A program made the position numbers and the translations under genes. DNA of 63,926 bases, filler included, from Phoronis australis (Eukaryota > Animalia > Phoronida), in NCBI GenBank assembly GCA_002633005.1. It is 5 parts of 5 records of this genome, joined end to end, with 100 filler letters (N's around TTAATTAATTAA, not from the genome) between each part and the next. Parts side by side here need not be neighbours in the genome. Positions count along the whole stretch, not along the records: positions 1 to 11,761 come from NMRA01000766.1; 4 more parts are not named here. The stretch is one strand, 5' to 3'. The notes below the pieces were generated by a model. It had not been told where the DNA came from. It searched no databases and was given only the letters and a program-made list of their open reading frames with translations. Below are positions 1-11,861 of the stretch, in pieces; position 1 is the stretch's first letter; every line of letters starts with the position of its first letter.

Positions 1-37
1 CTGAGGGAAGATAAGAATGGCAGTCCTTATGTCAAAG
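1..37 (+). CDS. KIF20: Kinesin-6 (KIF20A/B-like) motor-domain exon, 5' partial
   Basis: LREDKNGSPYVK(G) then GT donor at 38; resembles KIF20A LCEDQNGNPYVK; phase 1 joins exon at 403. Confidence 0.85.
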
Positions 38-402
38 GTCAGGTCATCCAAAAGTAATGTTTTTTGGTATTGATTTGATTATTTGTTTATTGATATAGCC
101 TAACTTCTCATTTTGAATGATAAGAAAAGTTCTGCAGACAACAATGTAATGCAGTGGTATGATAAGATTGTTTTTGATAATCTTAAAATCTTTCATAAAT
201 TTTTTGTGAAGTAAAGTCACCAAAAAGCAATTAAATTCGTCATCGACCAACTGAACGCGTAGATGCCTAAGAAAACTGTATGAAGTAGCAATTTATTTTA
301 TTTTTAAAAATAATCGACTTCTAGTGACACGTTTTATCTTTATATCTGCCAGTATTTACTTCCTTTCATAACTAGGTTGTCAATGTTGATCATTCTTTGC
401 AG

Positions 403-586
403 GCCTGAAGCACATTCACGTGACATCGGCGGACGAGGCGTATCGCATCCTGCAGATCGGGCGGAAGAATCTGCAGTTTGCCTGCACAAAGTTGAACCAG
501 AATTCTAGTCGCAGTCACTGTATCTTTAGTATCAAAGTGCTGCGTGTTGTGGACAAGGAGAATCCCCATATGTGTAGAATGAGCAT
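403..586 (+). CDS. KIF20: KIF20-like motor exon with switch I
   Basis: AG/GT bounded; GLKHIHVTSADEAYRILQIGRKNLQFACTKLNQNSSRSHCIFSIK, containing NxxSSRSH. Confidence 0.95.
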
Positions 587-1397
587 GTGAGTACAGCAGC
601 TGGACAGGTTTTTTCTTTTCTTAATTTTTTTTTGATAAATGCCATGTGCAGTAGTAAAAGTTAAGCCGATAAAGCACTAGAAAGCATTATAGCTGAGCAT
701 GGTTAGAGTTGTACTTTTATATGTTGCAGTGTTTGTGTGTTGAAAGGTCGGAGAAACGTGACGGTTTTGCCGAACGCGTCATTTCGTAAATGTTAGTAGC
801 AGATCAGTAATTAATGTTAAAATGCTTGGAATTTGGTATTATTTACCAAAAATGGCGACAAAAGCTTGCTTCCCTCTCTAAGGCCTATGAGTTGCAGAGA
901 AAAGGATTAGGAAGTATTTCAAGTGCAAAAAGTTACTGGACTGTTGCGAGGTTGACTAAAGTGGATACAGGAATTCTTTGTGTAATTACCACACAACATG
1001 CACAACTGAAATTTTATTTTGTCAAATTTTGCAACAAAAATAAATAATTATCAAGGAATATGTCATCAAAACAAAATTTGGTGAAGTTCACGATATTTGT
1101 TGCACAGGGATCAGCCTTTGAACATTAGGAAAATTAAAATTTTCGGAAATATTTTTGTGCGTAATAAGTAAAGATTATCTGTAATATCAAAGTGCGTACT
1201 TGTAAAATATTTGATCCAATTAATTCAGTATGCTTTGCTGACTTGTGCTATATATCTTATTGCACACATAAATTATTGTTATGACTGTGTGTGTTTGTAT
1301 GACACACTGCTGGGTCTCTTTGGATGTGTTCTGCGAGTTAAGTCGGAAACGTAGAAGTTAGAAGCTGTGCTCATTGAAATGATTTCCCGTCTTACAG

Positions 1398-1544
1398 GTT
1401 GTCACTGGTGGATTTGGCTGGCTCTGAGCGCTACACTAAGACACAGAACACTGGTGACCGTCTGAAGGAGGCTGGCAACATCAACACGTCACTGTTGACA
1501 CTTGGGCGGTGTATCAGTACTCTAAGATATAATCAAACTCACAA
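1398..1544 (+). CDS. KIF20: KIF20-like motor exon with switch II
   Basis: [39 protein letters not shown]; canonical splice sites, phases consistent. Confidence 0.97.
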
Positions 1545-1741
1545 GTGAGTGAACGCCAACGTCTGGTGTGTGCAAAACCGAAATTAATGGTTGATTTGTG
1601 GACTCGATTTTTGTCGGCTAAAGGTTCACATTGATTATTTCAAGGCTGGGTAGCGCATGTTTTGGGCCGTAAAAGTTTCCGCATTTTTTGTTATTGGTCA
1701 TTCCAAGCCCTGATATTACGGTGACCACTGACGTTTTACAG

Positions 1742-1907
1742 GGAGAACCCCAAAATCATCCCATTCCGTGAGAGCAAGCTGACGAGGCTGTTCCAGAGTT
1801 ACTTCTGCGGCAAGGGTCGTGCCTGTATGATAGTGAATGTCAACCAGCTGGCCAGTGCCTTTGACGAGACACTTCACGTGCTCAAGTTCTCCGCCATCGC
1901 CAAACAG
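1742..1907 (+). CDS. KIF20: KIF20-like motor C-terminal exon
   Basis: IIPFRESKLTRLFQSYFCGKGRACMIVNVNQLASAFDETLHVLKFSAIAKQ, typical kinesin-6 motor end. Confidence 0.97.
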
Positions 1908-2470
1908 GTTTTTTTGTTGCTTTTGTTTCGTGGTTTCGCAAATCTGAAGATTGCAAACTTTCATAAACACATAATTTCATATCCATTACTTTAATTTCCC
2001 AGTCTTTTTGTTTCTCTCCATTCGTTTACACCATCTTGTTTTGGAAATACCCCCAGAAGTTTTATCAGAGGTCGTACGATCAGTTGAAGCTAAGACCAGG
2101 TCATCTCAGGACCTTTAAAATAATGGAAAACAGCAATCTGCATTGCTGACTTGGACTGTTTTCTTCTTAACGTTGTGCACAAACTAGATTGTTAGTAGGT
2201 TATTAATTGTTCTTGTTAGCCAACTGTTTGTCAAGGAAACCAGGATCTAGGAACGAATTCCAACCTGCTGCTTTCTTACACAACTGCAGTTTAAAACTCA
2301 AGTGTTTTTGATGTTATATTAGAATGTGTTTTGACTCTTGAATGATTTTGAGTGGCCATAAGCTGGCAATTAGATACGAGATGGATTTCCATTCCCTGGA
2401 GGTCACTTTAACTAATTTATTGGAGGTGTCATCTATTCTTCACTAATGGTGTAATGTACTTGTTGTCTAG

Positions 2471-2695
2471 GTGATTGTCCAAAAGGAGGAGCCAAAGCCC
2501 AAGAAGAGCACCCTGAGGAATGCTGCCCGCTTCGTCTCCCTTGCCCTGCAACACAGCCCAACGGGAGCACGGCCTTCCATTAGCTGGGCCAGTCCTGCTA
2601 CCATCGCCCAGCACAGCGTGGAGATGGCAGCCAACCTGCCCATACCTGAAGATGACGACGAGGATCTGTTAGAGTCAGAAACGGAACGCGAAGAG
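2471..2695 (+). CDS. KIF20: KIF20-like neck/linker exon
   Basis: AG at 2469-2470, GT at 2696, 75 open codons, phase 0 on both sides. Confidence 0.85.
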
Positions 2696-3007
2696 GTTAG
2701 TGTGGGCATGTGGATATGCTGTGTGGGGAGGGGGTGTACTGAACTGTACTGTATTGGCGTGGTTTTCACTCGTTGCTGAGAATTTGGAAAATGACCTCCA
2801 GTTTCCTGTTAGTTTGTAACAATTTGTTTATGGTACAAGGAAGATGAGATTGGGTGTTACAACTTATGAAACCATGAGACGTTGATAGATGTGAAATCTA
2901 TTTTGCTTTGACAAGTGGTGTGGGATATCTGTGGGTACTCTAGTTTTCAAAGTTAGAGCATGCTTATGTCGTCCAACTTCAAGATTAACCTTGCTTTACC
3001 TTTGTAG

Positions 3008-3147
3008 ACGTTGAAGGCCATCATAGCTGGTTTGAAAGAGGAGATGCTGGCCGAGAAACGAAAACATGCCTTGCTAGAAGTACAGATTAGAGAGGAGGTT
3101 TGCCAAGAGATGGCAGAACAACTAGTGGAGATTGAGAATACGTACAG
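3008..3147 (+). CDS. KIF20: KIF20-like coiled-coil exon
   Basis: TLKAIIAGLKEEMLAEKRKHALLEVQIREEVCQEMAEQL; the IREEVxxEM motif is typical of KIF20/KIF23. Confidence 0.9.
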
Positions 3148-3304
3148 GTATGGTATATAGCGCTTGGACATGTCATCAGTAGGCCCAGGGTTTTTATTGG
3201 TCTTGTAATGCTTGGGTCATTGGCGCTAATTTAAACCGTTGCTGGTTTTAATGGAATGCTGAATATTCATCACATTGGAGCTTTTTTGTGTGACAATGGT
3301 GTCA

Positions 3305-4347
3305 TTTTTATGCGCCCACATATTTATATGTGGACGCATTATGCCGTCATCTCTGTCCGTCCGTCCGTCCGGGCAGCGTCCGTCCGGCGTCCGGCGTCCG
3401 CTGCTCTATCTCCAAANNNNNNNNNNNNNNNNNNNNNNNNNNNNNNNNNNNNNNNNNNNNNNNNNNNNNNNNNNNNNNNNNNNNNNNNNNNNNNNNNNNN
3501 NNNNNNNNNNNNNNNNNNNNNNNNNNNNNNNNNNNNNNNNNNNNNNNNNNNNNNNNNNNNNNNNNNNNNNNNNNNNNNNNNNNNNNNNNNNNNNNNNNNN
3601 NNNNNNNNNNNNNNNNNNNNNNNNNNNNNNNNNNNNNNNNNNNNNNNNNNNNNNNNNNNNNNNNNNNNNNNNNNNNNNNNNNNNNNNNNNNNNNNNNNNN
3701 NNNNNNNNNNNNNNNNNNNNNNNNNNNNNNNNNNNNNNNNNNNNNNNNNNNNNNNNNNNNNNNNNNNNNNNNNNNNNNNNNNNNNNNNNNNNNNNNNNNN
3801 NNNNNNNNNNNNNNNNNNNNNNNNNNNNNNNNNNNNNNNNNNNNNNNNNNNNNNNNNNNNNNNNNNNNNNNNNNNNNNNNNNNNNNNNNNNNNNNNNNNN
3901 NNNNNNNNNNNNNNNNNNNNNNNNNNNNNNNNNNNNNNNNNNNNNNNNNNNNNNNNNNNNNNNNNNNNNNNNNNNNNNNNNNNNNNNNNNNNNNNNNNNN
4001 NNNNNNNNNNNNNNNNNNNNNNNNNNNNNNNNNNNNNNNNNNNNNAAAAGTTCCAAGTAGAAATTTGTTTCTGGCATTCTAATGCTGTGCTAATCTCGTA
4101 TGTTGGTAAATTTGTTTTTAATTCTATGTTTCTGTGGTGCTTTAAGCAACTGGTGTATAGGATGTGCTTGTATTATGAAGATTACTCACATTTTGCCCCT
4201 AGCCTATTGAGGAGACAATGACCATGCCTTTCCATTTTGCAAAGTATGCCCTCTACTGGCCACTTTATGGTACCAATAAACAACCCTAGAAGGATACCGT
4301 ATGCGGTGCAATTGTGGGCGCATTTCAACGCTCCGCGTTGCTCTTGT
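3305..4347 (+). mobile_element. Non-autonomous Helentron-associated (HINE/DINE-1-like) element spanning an N gap
   Basis: 5' TTTTTATGCGCCCAC subTIR in a hairpin, (GTCC)n microsatellite, 3' GTGGGCGCAT subTIR plus CAACGC-TCC-GCGTTG stem-loop. Confidence 0.7.
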
Positions 4348-5868
4348 ATTGTGACTGGCGAGGTTACTGTTTGCACGCCCATGTAATGCGCAAAACTGTT
4401 GAAATTTATTCTCGTGCCCTTCCCTTATGATGAGGAAAACAAACTTTTATCATCTGACTGCATTAATTTTTCTGCTGGTGGTGGTCTCCACATTTTACTT
4501 GGGGACCTTAAGCGTACGATTTTCTGAACAAAGTTTGAACTCTGCCTAATCGTAAGAACAGTGACAGGTTACAAGAGTAAAACAAATGTAAGCGAAAGTT
4601 GAGAGTATAATTCTATCATGGACTGAGGGGATCATTAGAAGACTAAGTCTTAATTGCTTATTAAAAACAATCTCTCGAGCTAGCAGGTCACACACAGTGA
4701 GTATAATGCCTAGCTTGAATGGTGTTATCCCAGAGTTTTTTGAAGAGAGTGGTGGTGAAGGGTCTCATCAGGTGCGGTGTTGGAATCCACTTCCATTGGG
4801 AGGGTGTGGGTGCCTGCCCCTAGAAAACTTGAAAAATGAGATGTAATTTGGAGCATTGTAGAAGCTTAATTCTCATAAAGACAATGTTGATAACTGACAC
4901 GTGATTAAGGTACTTGGTGAGAGTATTTGGGTAAAGGGAGACGGGAGGCTCCCCTCAGCACGTTGACAATGAAGACATGTGACTGGATGCCAGTTTAATG
5001 CTTGCACTCGGTTAAACTGTGATCACCTCAAACTGAGCAGGAGAGGAATGTTCTTATGATACTATTTTGGTCATCGTGAATCAGTTGGATCGGCGTCATA
5101 GCAGACGACTTATTCATGCAGACGACTACCGAGATAATTAGACTTGTTCCCATCCCATATCATGAGTTTGACAGTGGTCTGTGCTTCATTAAATCATAAA
5201 CTTTTTTGTGTAGTATTCTTCACACTGCTGCACGATCTTGTCTATAAACTTAACATGTTAAATATGAATAAAAAATGATGTTTTTTCACCCAATCCATCA
5301 GCAAAGCCATTTTAGTCCAGCAGTGTCAAGGTCGAAGTCCGCTTTGCCTGGTCTCCAGACTGTATTCACTCATTTGAGCAAGCAGTGTCAACTTTGATCA
5401 CTTGAGCGAGTGCAAGTCAAGATATTTCATGAAATTATAATTATCTTTGCCTGGGGAAAATTCAAAATCCAATTTTGAATTGTAATTTATCCCGTTTGAT
5501 GCACAAACATTGACAGAAGCTGTGTGTGTTATTGTTGTTCACTCTAGACTGGTTGCGACAAAGATATAGTTTCGGTCAGTGTGGCAGTCAGTATGGACAA
5601 GGTCGAGAGTGGCGGGCTGCTCAGATTTTTACACACAGGGGAGACACTGCTTGAATAGAAATGACACTAGACTGAGATCACCTAGGCTGAGATCACCTAA
5701 AAGAAATTACGTTTGAGTAAGACTGGTCTTGATGAAGGAAAACTTGTCACATATTTTGTTTCTGTGTGTCCACTAAAAATCAAACGAGAGACACACTCCT
5801 GTTGAGGTGGTACATCTTGTGGCCATGCTTTGCAAGTGTATCGATAATTGTTCTGATCCTGTCTGCAG

Positions 5869-6043
5869 TGAGAGACTGAAAGAGGGTTACTTGGCAGCGG
5901 AGGAAAAGGCCGACCGCCGCATTGAGATGTACACGCAGTCGGTGAAGTCATCAAGGAAACGTGCGCGCATCCAGCGAATGGATGACGAGGAGGATGAATG
6001 GGTGTCCAGTGTGTTACTGCATGCTGAGCAGATAAAAGTCAAG
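5869..6043 (+). CDS. KIF20: KIF20-like coiled-coil exon
   Basis: Phase-2 join to previous exon; ERLKEGYLAAEEKADRRIEMY...KVK; AG/GTGAG sites. Confidence 0.85.
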
Positions 6044-6177
6044 GTGAGACATGTTGCAAAGCCATCACGAAATTGCATAGTTAGGCTAACTTTTTTTGAG
6101 TAATGGATGGCAGTCATTTCATGTATTCCCTGTTCTGTTATTTTTTCTGAAGACTCACTGTTGATTCTGCCTGTCAG

Positions 6178-6360
6178 GAGCTGGAGAACAGATTAAAAGA
6201 CCAGACTGAAACACTGGCTTCCGTGCAAGCTGAACTGGCTAGTGCTCAGACTAGCCTAAAGGTGGCGGTAGATGCTAAAAATGGGCTGCAGGAGGAGAAA
6301 TCAAAAGGCGATTTTCATATGGCCAATGAGATTAACGAGCTGAGGAAGTCTCACGAAAAG
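6178..6360 (+). CDS. KIF20: KIF20-like coiled-coil exon
   Basis: ELENRLKDQTETLASVQAELASAQ...LRKSHEK; phase 0; AG/GT. Confidence 0.8.
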
Positions 6361-6575
6361 GTTAGAGTTCAATTAAGTCCTGGCTTGGTTGATGTTGTCA
6401 CTCAGCTGTTGGAGATGACAAATTTGTCTTTTACAATGGCCTTTTTAAATATTGGAGCTGAATGAATGAATGTTGTTGTCATGTTCTTGGTTATATGACC
6501 TTGCATGTAGTGCACCCTGCACACCCAGCTTTGGCTTCTGTGTGAAAAGCTTGTGCCTTAGTCACTGCATTGTTA

Positions 6576-6836
6576 CCAGGATTTTCCGTAGATAAGCCAG
6601 TCAATGTTGGGAAAGTTATGTTGAGTAAATACCCATGGGTGTTTGTTTGGTATTACAACTCCTGGTGTCAAGTGCCCAGATAGTGGGACGTTTTAAGTAA
6701 AAAAATGTCGAAGTCAGCAACTATGACTCCGTTTGCACGCACCCCTTTTCCAGGCGTTTATTTGGTGTTACTAAAACGCCTGAAAATTTTCAGTTTCTGA
6801 ATACACACCAGTGGGCTTATCTACGGAAAATTTCGG
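6576..6836. mobile_element. Tc1/mariner-pogo-type MITE
   Basis: ~23-bp TIR (CCAGGATTTTCCGTAGATAAGCC / GGCTTATCTACGGAAAATTTCGG) flanked by TA on both sides. Confidence 0.7.
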
Positions 6837-7778
6837 TACTTGTGTGTTGCATTGACATCTACCATTACACAAAGTACATTCGAGACTGGACTAGGTCTAG
6901 TTTTTTTTTCTTTTAAAGGTTTGGCAATTCCTTACCTCTTTATGGTTATTGCTGTCAAGACTTAATACAGGCGCTTGAGTTGCAGGTTATTTTTATTTAA
7001 CAAATACTATCCGACCTTTGTTGTAGTTGCTCTCGGTATTATGCTTGTCTGCTAAGGTTATGTACGGCCTTATCAACAAGTCTTTATGTTCAGCCAAATA
7101 TTTCGAGAGCTATAGAAATTAGCTCGTCTGAAAGTAGAAATCCTGTAGACTCTGGTGTTTAACTTTATGCTAGTCTGTCATTAATTGGATCAAGTGGCCA
7201 TGTCTTTGGTGAAATTTTGCGAAAAAGAAATGTTACATTCGCATCAAAACAGTATCAATGACATGACCGCGTTACGAAAATTCATTTGACTAAATCTAAA
7301 GTTTTGTTGGATATATGTTGAATACTGAAACAAGGATAATTGCAAAAGTTTAGACTGGTCCAGTGAATAGGAAATACTTTGACTATGGTTTGTTGTTAGC
7401 GTCTCCCTTTTGCATGTCTGGATGCCTATGTTGCCTGGGTTGTCACAACTGCTTGTTTAGCTTAATGTTTTAGCCCTTCCAAGTCCAAACAGTGCGGCGA
7501 TTAGTGAACATTTCACCATCTCGTGGTACGGCAAATGAACCATGTTACTGACATCTTGCAACAATGAAATTATTTTTTAACTTTTTTTCAATTCCATCGC
7601 ACTTGACACGAAACTAAAAACGACCAATCGCGTGGCCTGCTTCTAGTAAACTTTCAAATTTTTTGCGATATGATTGGCCAGTTTAGTTTGTCCTTAGTCA
7701 CTAACTAGTTTGACACTTTCGTGAATTTCCAAGAAAATATAAGCCAGAATGATGTCAACTAAAACCATCTCAAGACGT

Positions 7779-8041
7779 AAAGCTACATTTTGCCATGTTT
7801 AGCTGGCTATAAACGAAAATGAAATGAGGCCTTTCACTCTCATAAAAATGGTGTGATATTTCTTACCGTGATGGGATTCTATTTCCACTACCAATTTAAA
7901 TCACAGCGTTTTGAAGTTTTTGTTAGTATTGGAAATAAAATCCTATCACTGTAAGGAATATTATGAGAGCGATTTTATGAGAATGAAAGTCCAACCTTGG
8001 CTTTCTTTTTTGCCAGCTAAGCAGTGCAAAACGCAGCTTTG
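7779..8041. mobile_element. Fold-back palindromic MITE-like element
   Basis: Nested imperfect inverted repeats (AAAGCT..TTTTGC, TTAGCTGGC, CTTTCACTCTCATAAAA, ATATTTCTTACCGTGATGGGATT) symmetric about ~7905. Confidence 0.55.
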
Positions 8042-8157
8042 ATATTTATTTGGTTTCTGTAACAGCACGTTCACATGCCGTGTGGTAGTAGCACGTTCAC
8101 ATGCCGCATGGTAATAGCTGACCCTGCTTATGTTACTAGCCCGTGTTTTGTGTGTAG

Positions 8158-8247
8158 GCTATGTGTGAGCTGAAGGCAGACATCACCAGGCTGGAGAGAG
8201 AAAAAACCAGCTTTGAGGAAAAGTTTAAGGCGTTAGATTCTCAGAAG
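8158..8247 (+). CDS. KIF20: KIF20-like coiled-coil exon
   Basis: AMCELKADITRLEREKTSFEEKFKALDSQK; TAG/GTAAC sites; phase 0. Confidence 0.75.
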
Positions 8248-9479
8248 GTAACACATGATTTGACCCCTGGTTTGCTTAGTAGTTGGTTTTTATGTTTGCC
8301 TTCATTTTTGGTTTATAGCTAGGTTGCTTGGTTTTCAAAAAAAATGTCAAATTCTTGTTGAAGTCATGTTTTGGCAAAGCTTTTGCAAGTGTTATGGGCA
8401 TTATTGGAAAGGTCGCCAATATTTTCACTTCATGATCTCGTCAATATTTGGATGACAAAGGGTTGATTATGTTTATAAAATTTATTGATAAAATACCTTG
8501 GTGTGTGCTTTTTGCAATACTCTGAAAATAAATGCCCGAAGAGCCAATTACCTCGGTACATGGTGTGACATGAAATTGCTCTTCTTTAAGATTGTTTGCT
8601 CATCATGACCAGTATGCATTTCAAATTATGGCCAGTATACGACATGTTGAGGTTAGAAGGATTACCCCTTTCAGTGACAGTTGAAATCAATTGCTTTCAC
8701 CTTTGCGTATTTCTGGAGGCACTCTACTGAGCCGACGACTCTGGTGATAAAATGGCGACATATTGTACATGCTTGAACAATCCCAGCGTCCCTTGCCCAC
8801 TTACATGAACGCCTTCACATTCAAGTACCAGACACACAACTGGGTTTGTCCTCATTAACGAAGAAGGAAATTATGATAGTTTCCTGCTTGTAAATTGGCT
8901 GATAGGCTTCCTATTGCCACATGAGAGTTTAATTAACTGTCAACTGTCTTAAATGTTGGGTTGACCGATTCGTTCTCATTAGTTTCGGGCAATAAGTGGA
9001 AAGGCATTACTAGGAATTCTCCTTTTCCTGGAAACAATTTTGCTTCAAAAAAAAATCGCAGTGGTTATGTTAATATTAGTATCCTTAGCTGTTTAGAATA
9101 AGCGTAAAGATATTACCGGGGGATTCTCAATTTCCTCAAAGTAGTTTTGCGTACTCAAAAGTCACCAAGGACTCTTTCAGAAGAAAGACCCCCACTTTGT
9201 CAGGAGTTAGGTACTAAGAGAAGTCATTGACAATTGTAGTATTTTTACCAGTGCAACTGGGTGCCAAAAATGGAGAAAATAATGACATTATGACCCATTT
9301 TCCATGTATACCAAAAGACCCCTCACCAGGGGTTCTTCCAGGACTTCAAAAATATGGCGTCCAAAATGGATTTGCCAGTTTCTCATGGTGTCCATGACCA
9401 ATGACACATAACTGTTTGTTTTTTGTGAACTCAAATTGCTGTACTATTGATTATTGTGTCTTACATCATATGTTAACTA

Positions 9480-10395
9480 TTTTTATGCGCCCACATATTT
9501 ATATGTGGGCGCGTTATGCCGTCATGTATCAATGTATTATTATAATTTAATGTAAATAAAAGCGTTTTCTCTCTCTCTCATCTCCGTCCGTCTGTCTGAC
9601 CGTCCATTGTCCACTGCTCTATCTCCAAAACGCCTTGACGTATGGTCATGAAATTTTGCACATGTTTTCCTTTCGTGGATGGGACGGCATGAGCGAACTT
9701 TGGGACGGATCCGACTACCGGTGTGCCCCCTAGTGGCCATTTTGAATTTTTTACGTTTACCTCTGTATCTTCAAAAGTCCTGAAGAGATCTTCATAAAAT
9801 GTGGTATATAGGCACCTATTAGTGAGATGAAGACATACTCTCGTTTTCGGATGGATTTGACGTAGTTTGCGCCACCTAGTGGCTGTTTTTACTGTTTTTG
9901 AGTCTGTTTTTTGCGTCCACCCATCTATCAACCAAACCGCTCAAAGGAGGATTGTGAAAATTGGCATGTATATTCTTACTATGAAGAGGACGAGTGACGT
10001 TGAGTTTCAGATAATTTCGACTACTGAGTTGCCTTCTAGTGGTAGTTTTGTTTGTTTTTTTGCACCTATGGCTGTATCTCTTAAACTGCTCACAGGATCT
10101 TTACGAAATTTAGTAAGTTTATTTTTATGATGTTAACAAGAGACGACGACAACTTTCGGACAGTTCTGACAACTGGTGTGCCACCTGGTGGCAATTTTTT
10201 TTTTTTATGTTTACCTCAGTCTGTATCTTCAAAGGTCCTCATCGAATTTTCATAAAATTTGGCATATAGGCATCTATTAATGTTTGCAGTATCTTTACTT
10301 AATTTAGCAAGTGTATTTATATGATGTTGACTACGGACGACGACGACTTTCGGACAGATCTGACTACTGCTGTGCGCCCTAGTGGCAATTTTATG
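9480..10395 (+). mobile_element. HINE-like element, 3' truncated, with internal subrepeats
   Basis: Same 5' end as the 3305 copy (GCGCCCACATAT-TT-ATATGTGGGCGC hairpin); GTCC/GTCT tract; no 3' subTIR or stem-loop found. Confidence 0.7.
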
Positions 10396-10736
10396 CATGT
10401 TATTCGATTCTCCTTTGTATACTTAGTTTTTCTGGACGACATTGTCCTTACCAAGTAATAGATCAAGTCCATCTTTGAAATCATATTTCAAAATGGCTGA
10501 TCAGACTTATACAGCAGATACTATGCCTAAGGCTTTGTTTTTTTAGAACGCTGTTAAGAATTGCTTCTAAAATGATCCTTTTTGCACTGAAGGCTACCAA
10601 AAGAGGACCCTAATGATTTTTATTAGCTCAAAAATTGAATAACTAAACACAAACTAACATTGCTGTTCATTATGTTGGAGCGGTTTTGAGCATTCCCAAG
10701 TTCTGTAATGCATTTCAGATTTTTTATTTATTCCAG

Positions 10737-10895
10737 ATCTTAATGGCTAAAATCAATAGGTTAGAACACCTGTGCTATCTCAAAGACAAACAATTGGAGG
10801 ATCTGAAGTCTCGTCTTGATGACACAGACAGGATGTACCGACCGACGGGCAAACGCGCAAACCCTGGTAAAACTGGTTTGAAGGCTGGTAGATAA
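10737..10895 (+). CDS. SPEF1: Terminal coding exon resembling SPEF1 (CLAMP) C-terminal coiled coil
   Basis: Polypyrimidine-CAG acceptor; ILMAKINRLEHLCYLKDKQLEDLKSRL aligns with recalled SPEF1 VLQMKVRRLEHLLQLKNVRIEDLSRRL; TAA stop then AT-rich UTR-like DNA. Confidence 0.65.
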   Translation: MLMAKINRLEHLCYLKDKQLEDLKSRLDDTDRMYRPTGKRANPGKTGLKAGR

Positions 10896-11228
10896 CGTGA
10901 CTACAAGTTCCTGGTAACTGGGGTTCTGTCTTTAAAGACCCAGTAAATGGGAGATTTAAAGTTTTAGGTTATAAATGGCCTGTATTGTGAACCAAATGCT
11001 GTGTGTTTGGTATCCCATATGCTTTGAGTTTTATTTTTGTACACGGAAGTGCGAACTGTCACACTGAGCATTTCTGTTGGCTAATTAGAAACCAGCACTT
11101 GAACTCTTTGGAGGCGGAATTGCTCTCTGTGTCCAGCTGGTGTTATTTTTTATATTTTTGGCAAATGTAATTTGTTTTGCAATGTCAAATATGAGCAAAT
11201 GAATAGAGCTTTGGGTGGTCAGTCATCA

Positions 11229-11409
11229 TGAATTGTGAGGGATTGTAAATATCACAATTGAGGAGAGTTTGATTGAATTGTGAAGGATTGTAAATATCAC
11301 AATTGAGGAGAGTTTGATTGAATTGTGAGGGATTGTAAATATCACAATTGAGGAGAGTTTGATTGAATTGTGAGGGATTGTAAATATCACAATTGAGGAG
11401 AGTTTGATT
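11229..11409. repeat. 45-bp minisatellite, 4 copies
   Basis: TGAATTGTGAGGGATTGTAAATATCACAATTGAGGAGAGTTTGAT repeated four times, nearly identical. Confidence 0.95.
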
Positions 11410-11761
11410 TCCATACCTTGTTTGTTACTACAACTGGATGAGGTATACACAGATTATACAGGTGTGATGTTGTTTATTATTAATTTTATAAACAAGTTGT
11501 GTATTCATTAAGTTTTAATATGGCATTTTGAATTGTGTACACCTGGCATTTTATGCACGATAGATAAAATTTTAATTCAAAAATGTGCCTTGTAAATTAA
11601 GCAAGTGAAACATTGGAATACCAGTGATTTTGTAAATATAGTAAACGCTTATTGGAATTGAAGAGATTAATATTTTGTATATAGGTCATGTAATTATATT
11701 TATATTTTTATAAGAATTAATATTATTGTGTATGATAGTTGTGTAACTTTGTTTGGTGAAC

Positions 11762-11861
11762 NNNNNNNNNNNNNNNNNNNNNNNNNNNNNNNNNNNNNNN
11801 NNNNNTTAATTAATTAANNNNNNNNNNNNNNNNNNNNNNNNNNNNNNNNNNNNNNNNNNNN
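11762..11861. other. Artificial contig linker
   Basis: N44-TTAATTAATTAA-N44 (stops in all six frames), exactly 100 nt. Confidence 0.95.

Noticed and set aside
3256-4221. Long ORFs full of X (also 11806-12173, 48486-48893)
   Set aside because: Artefacts of N gaps
11229-11409. CRISPR-like repeat array
   Set aside because: Contiguous tandem units with no unique spacers; eukaryotic context; no cas genes
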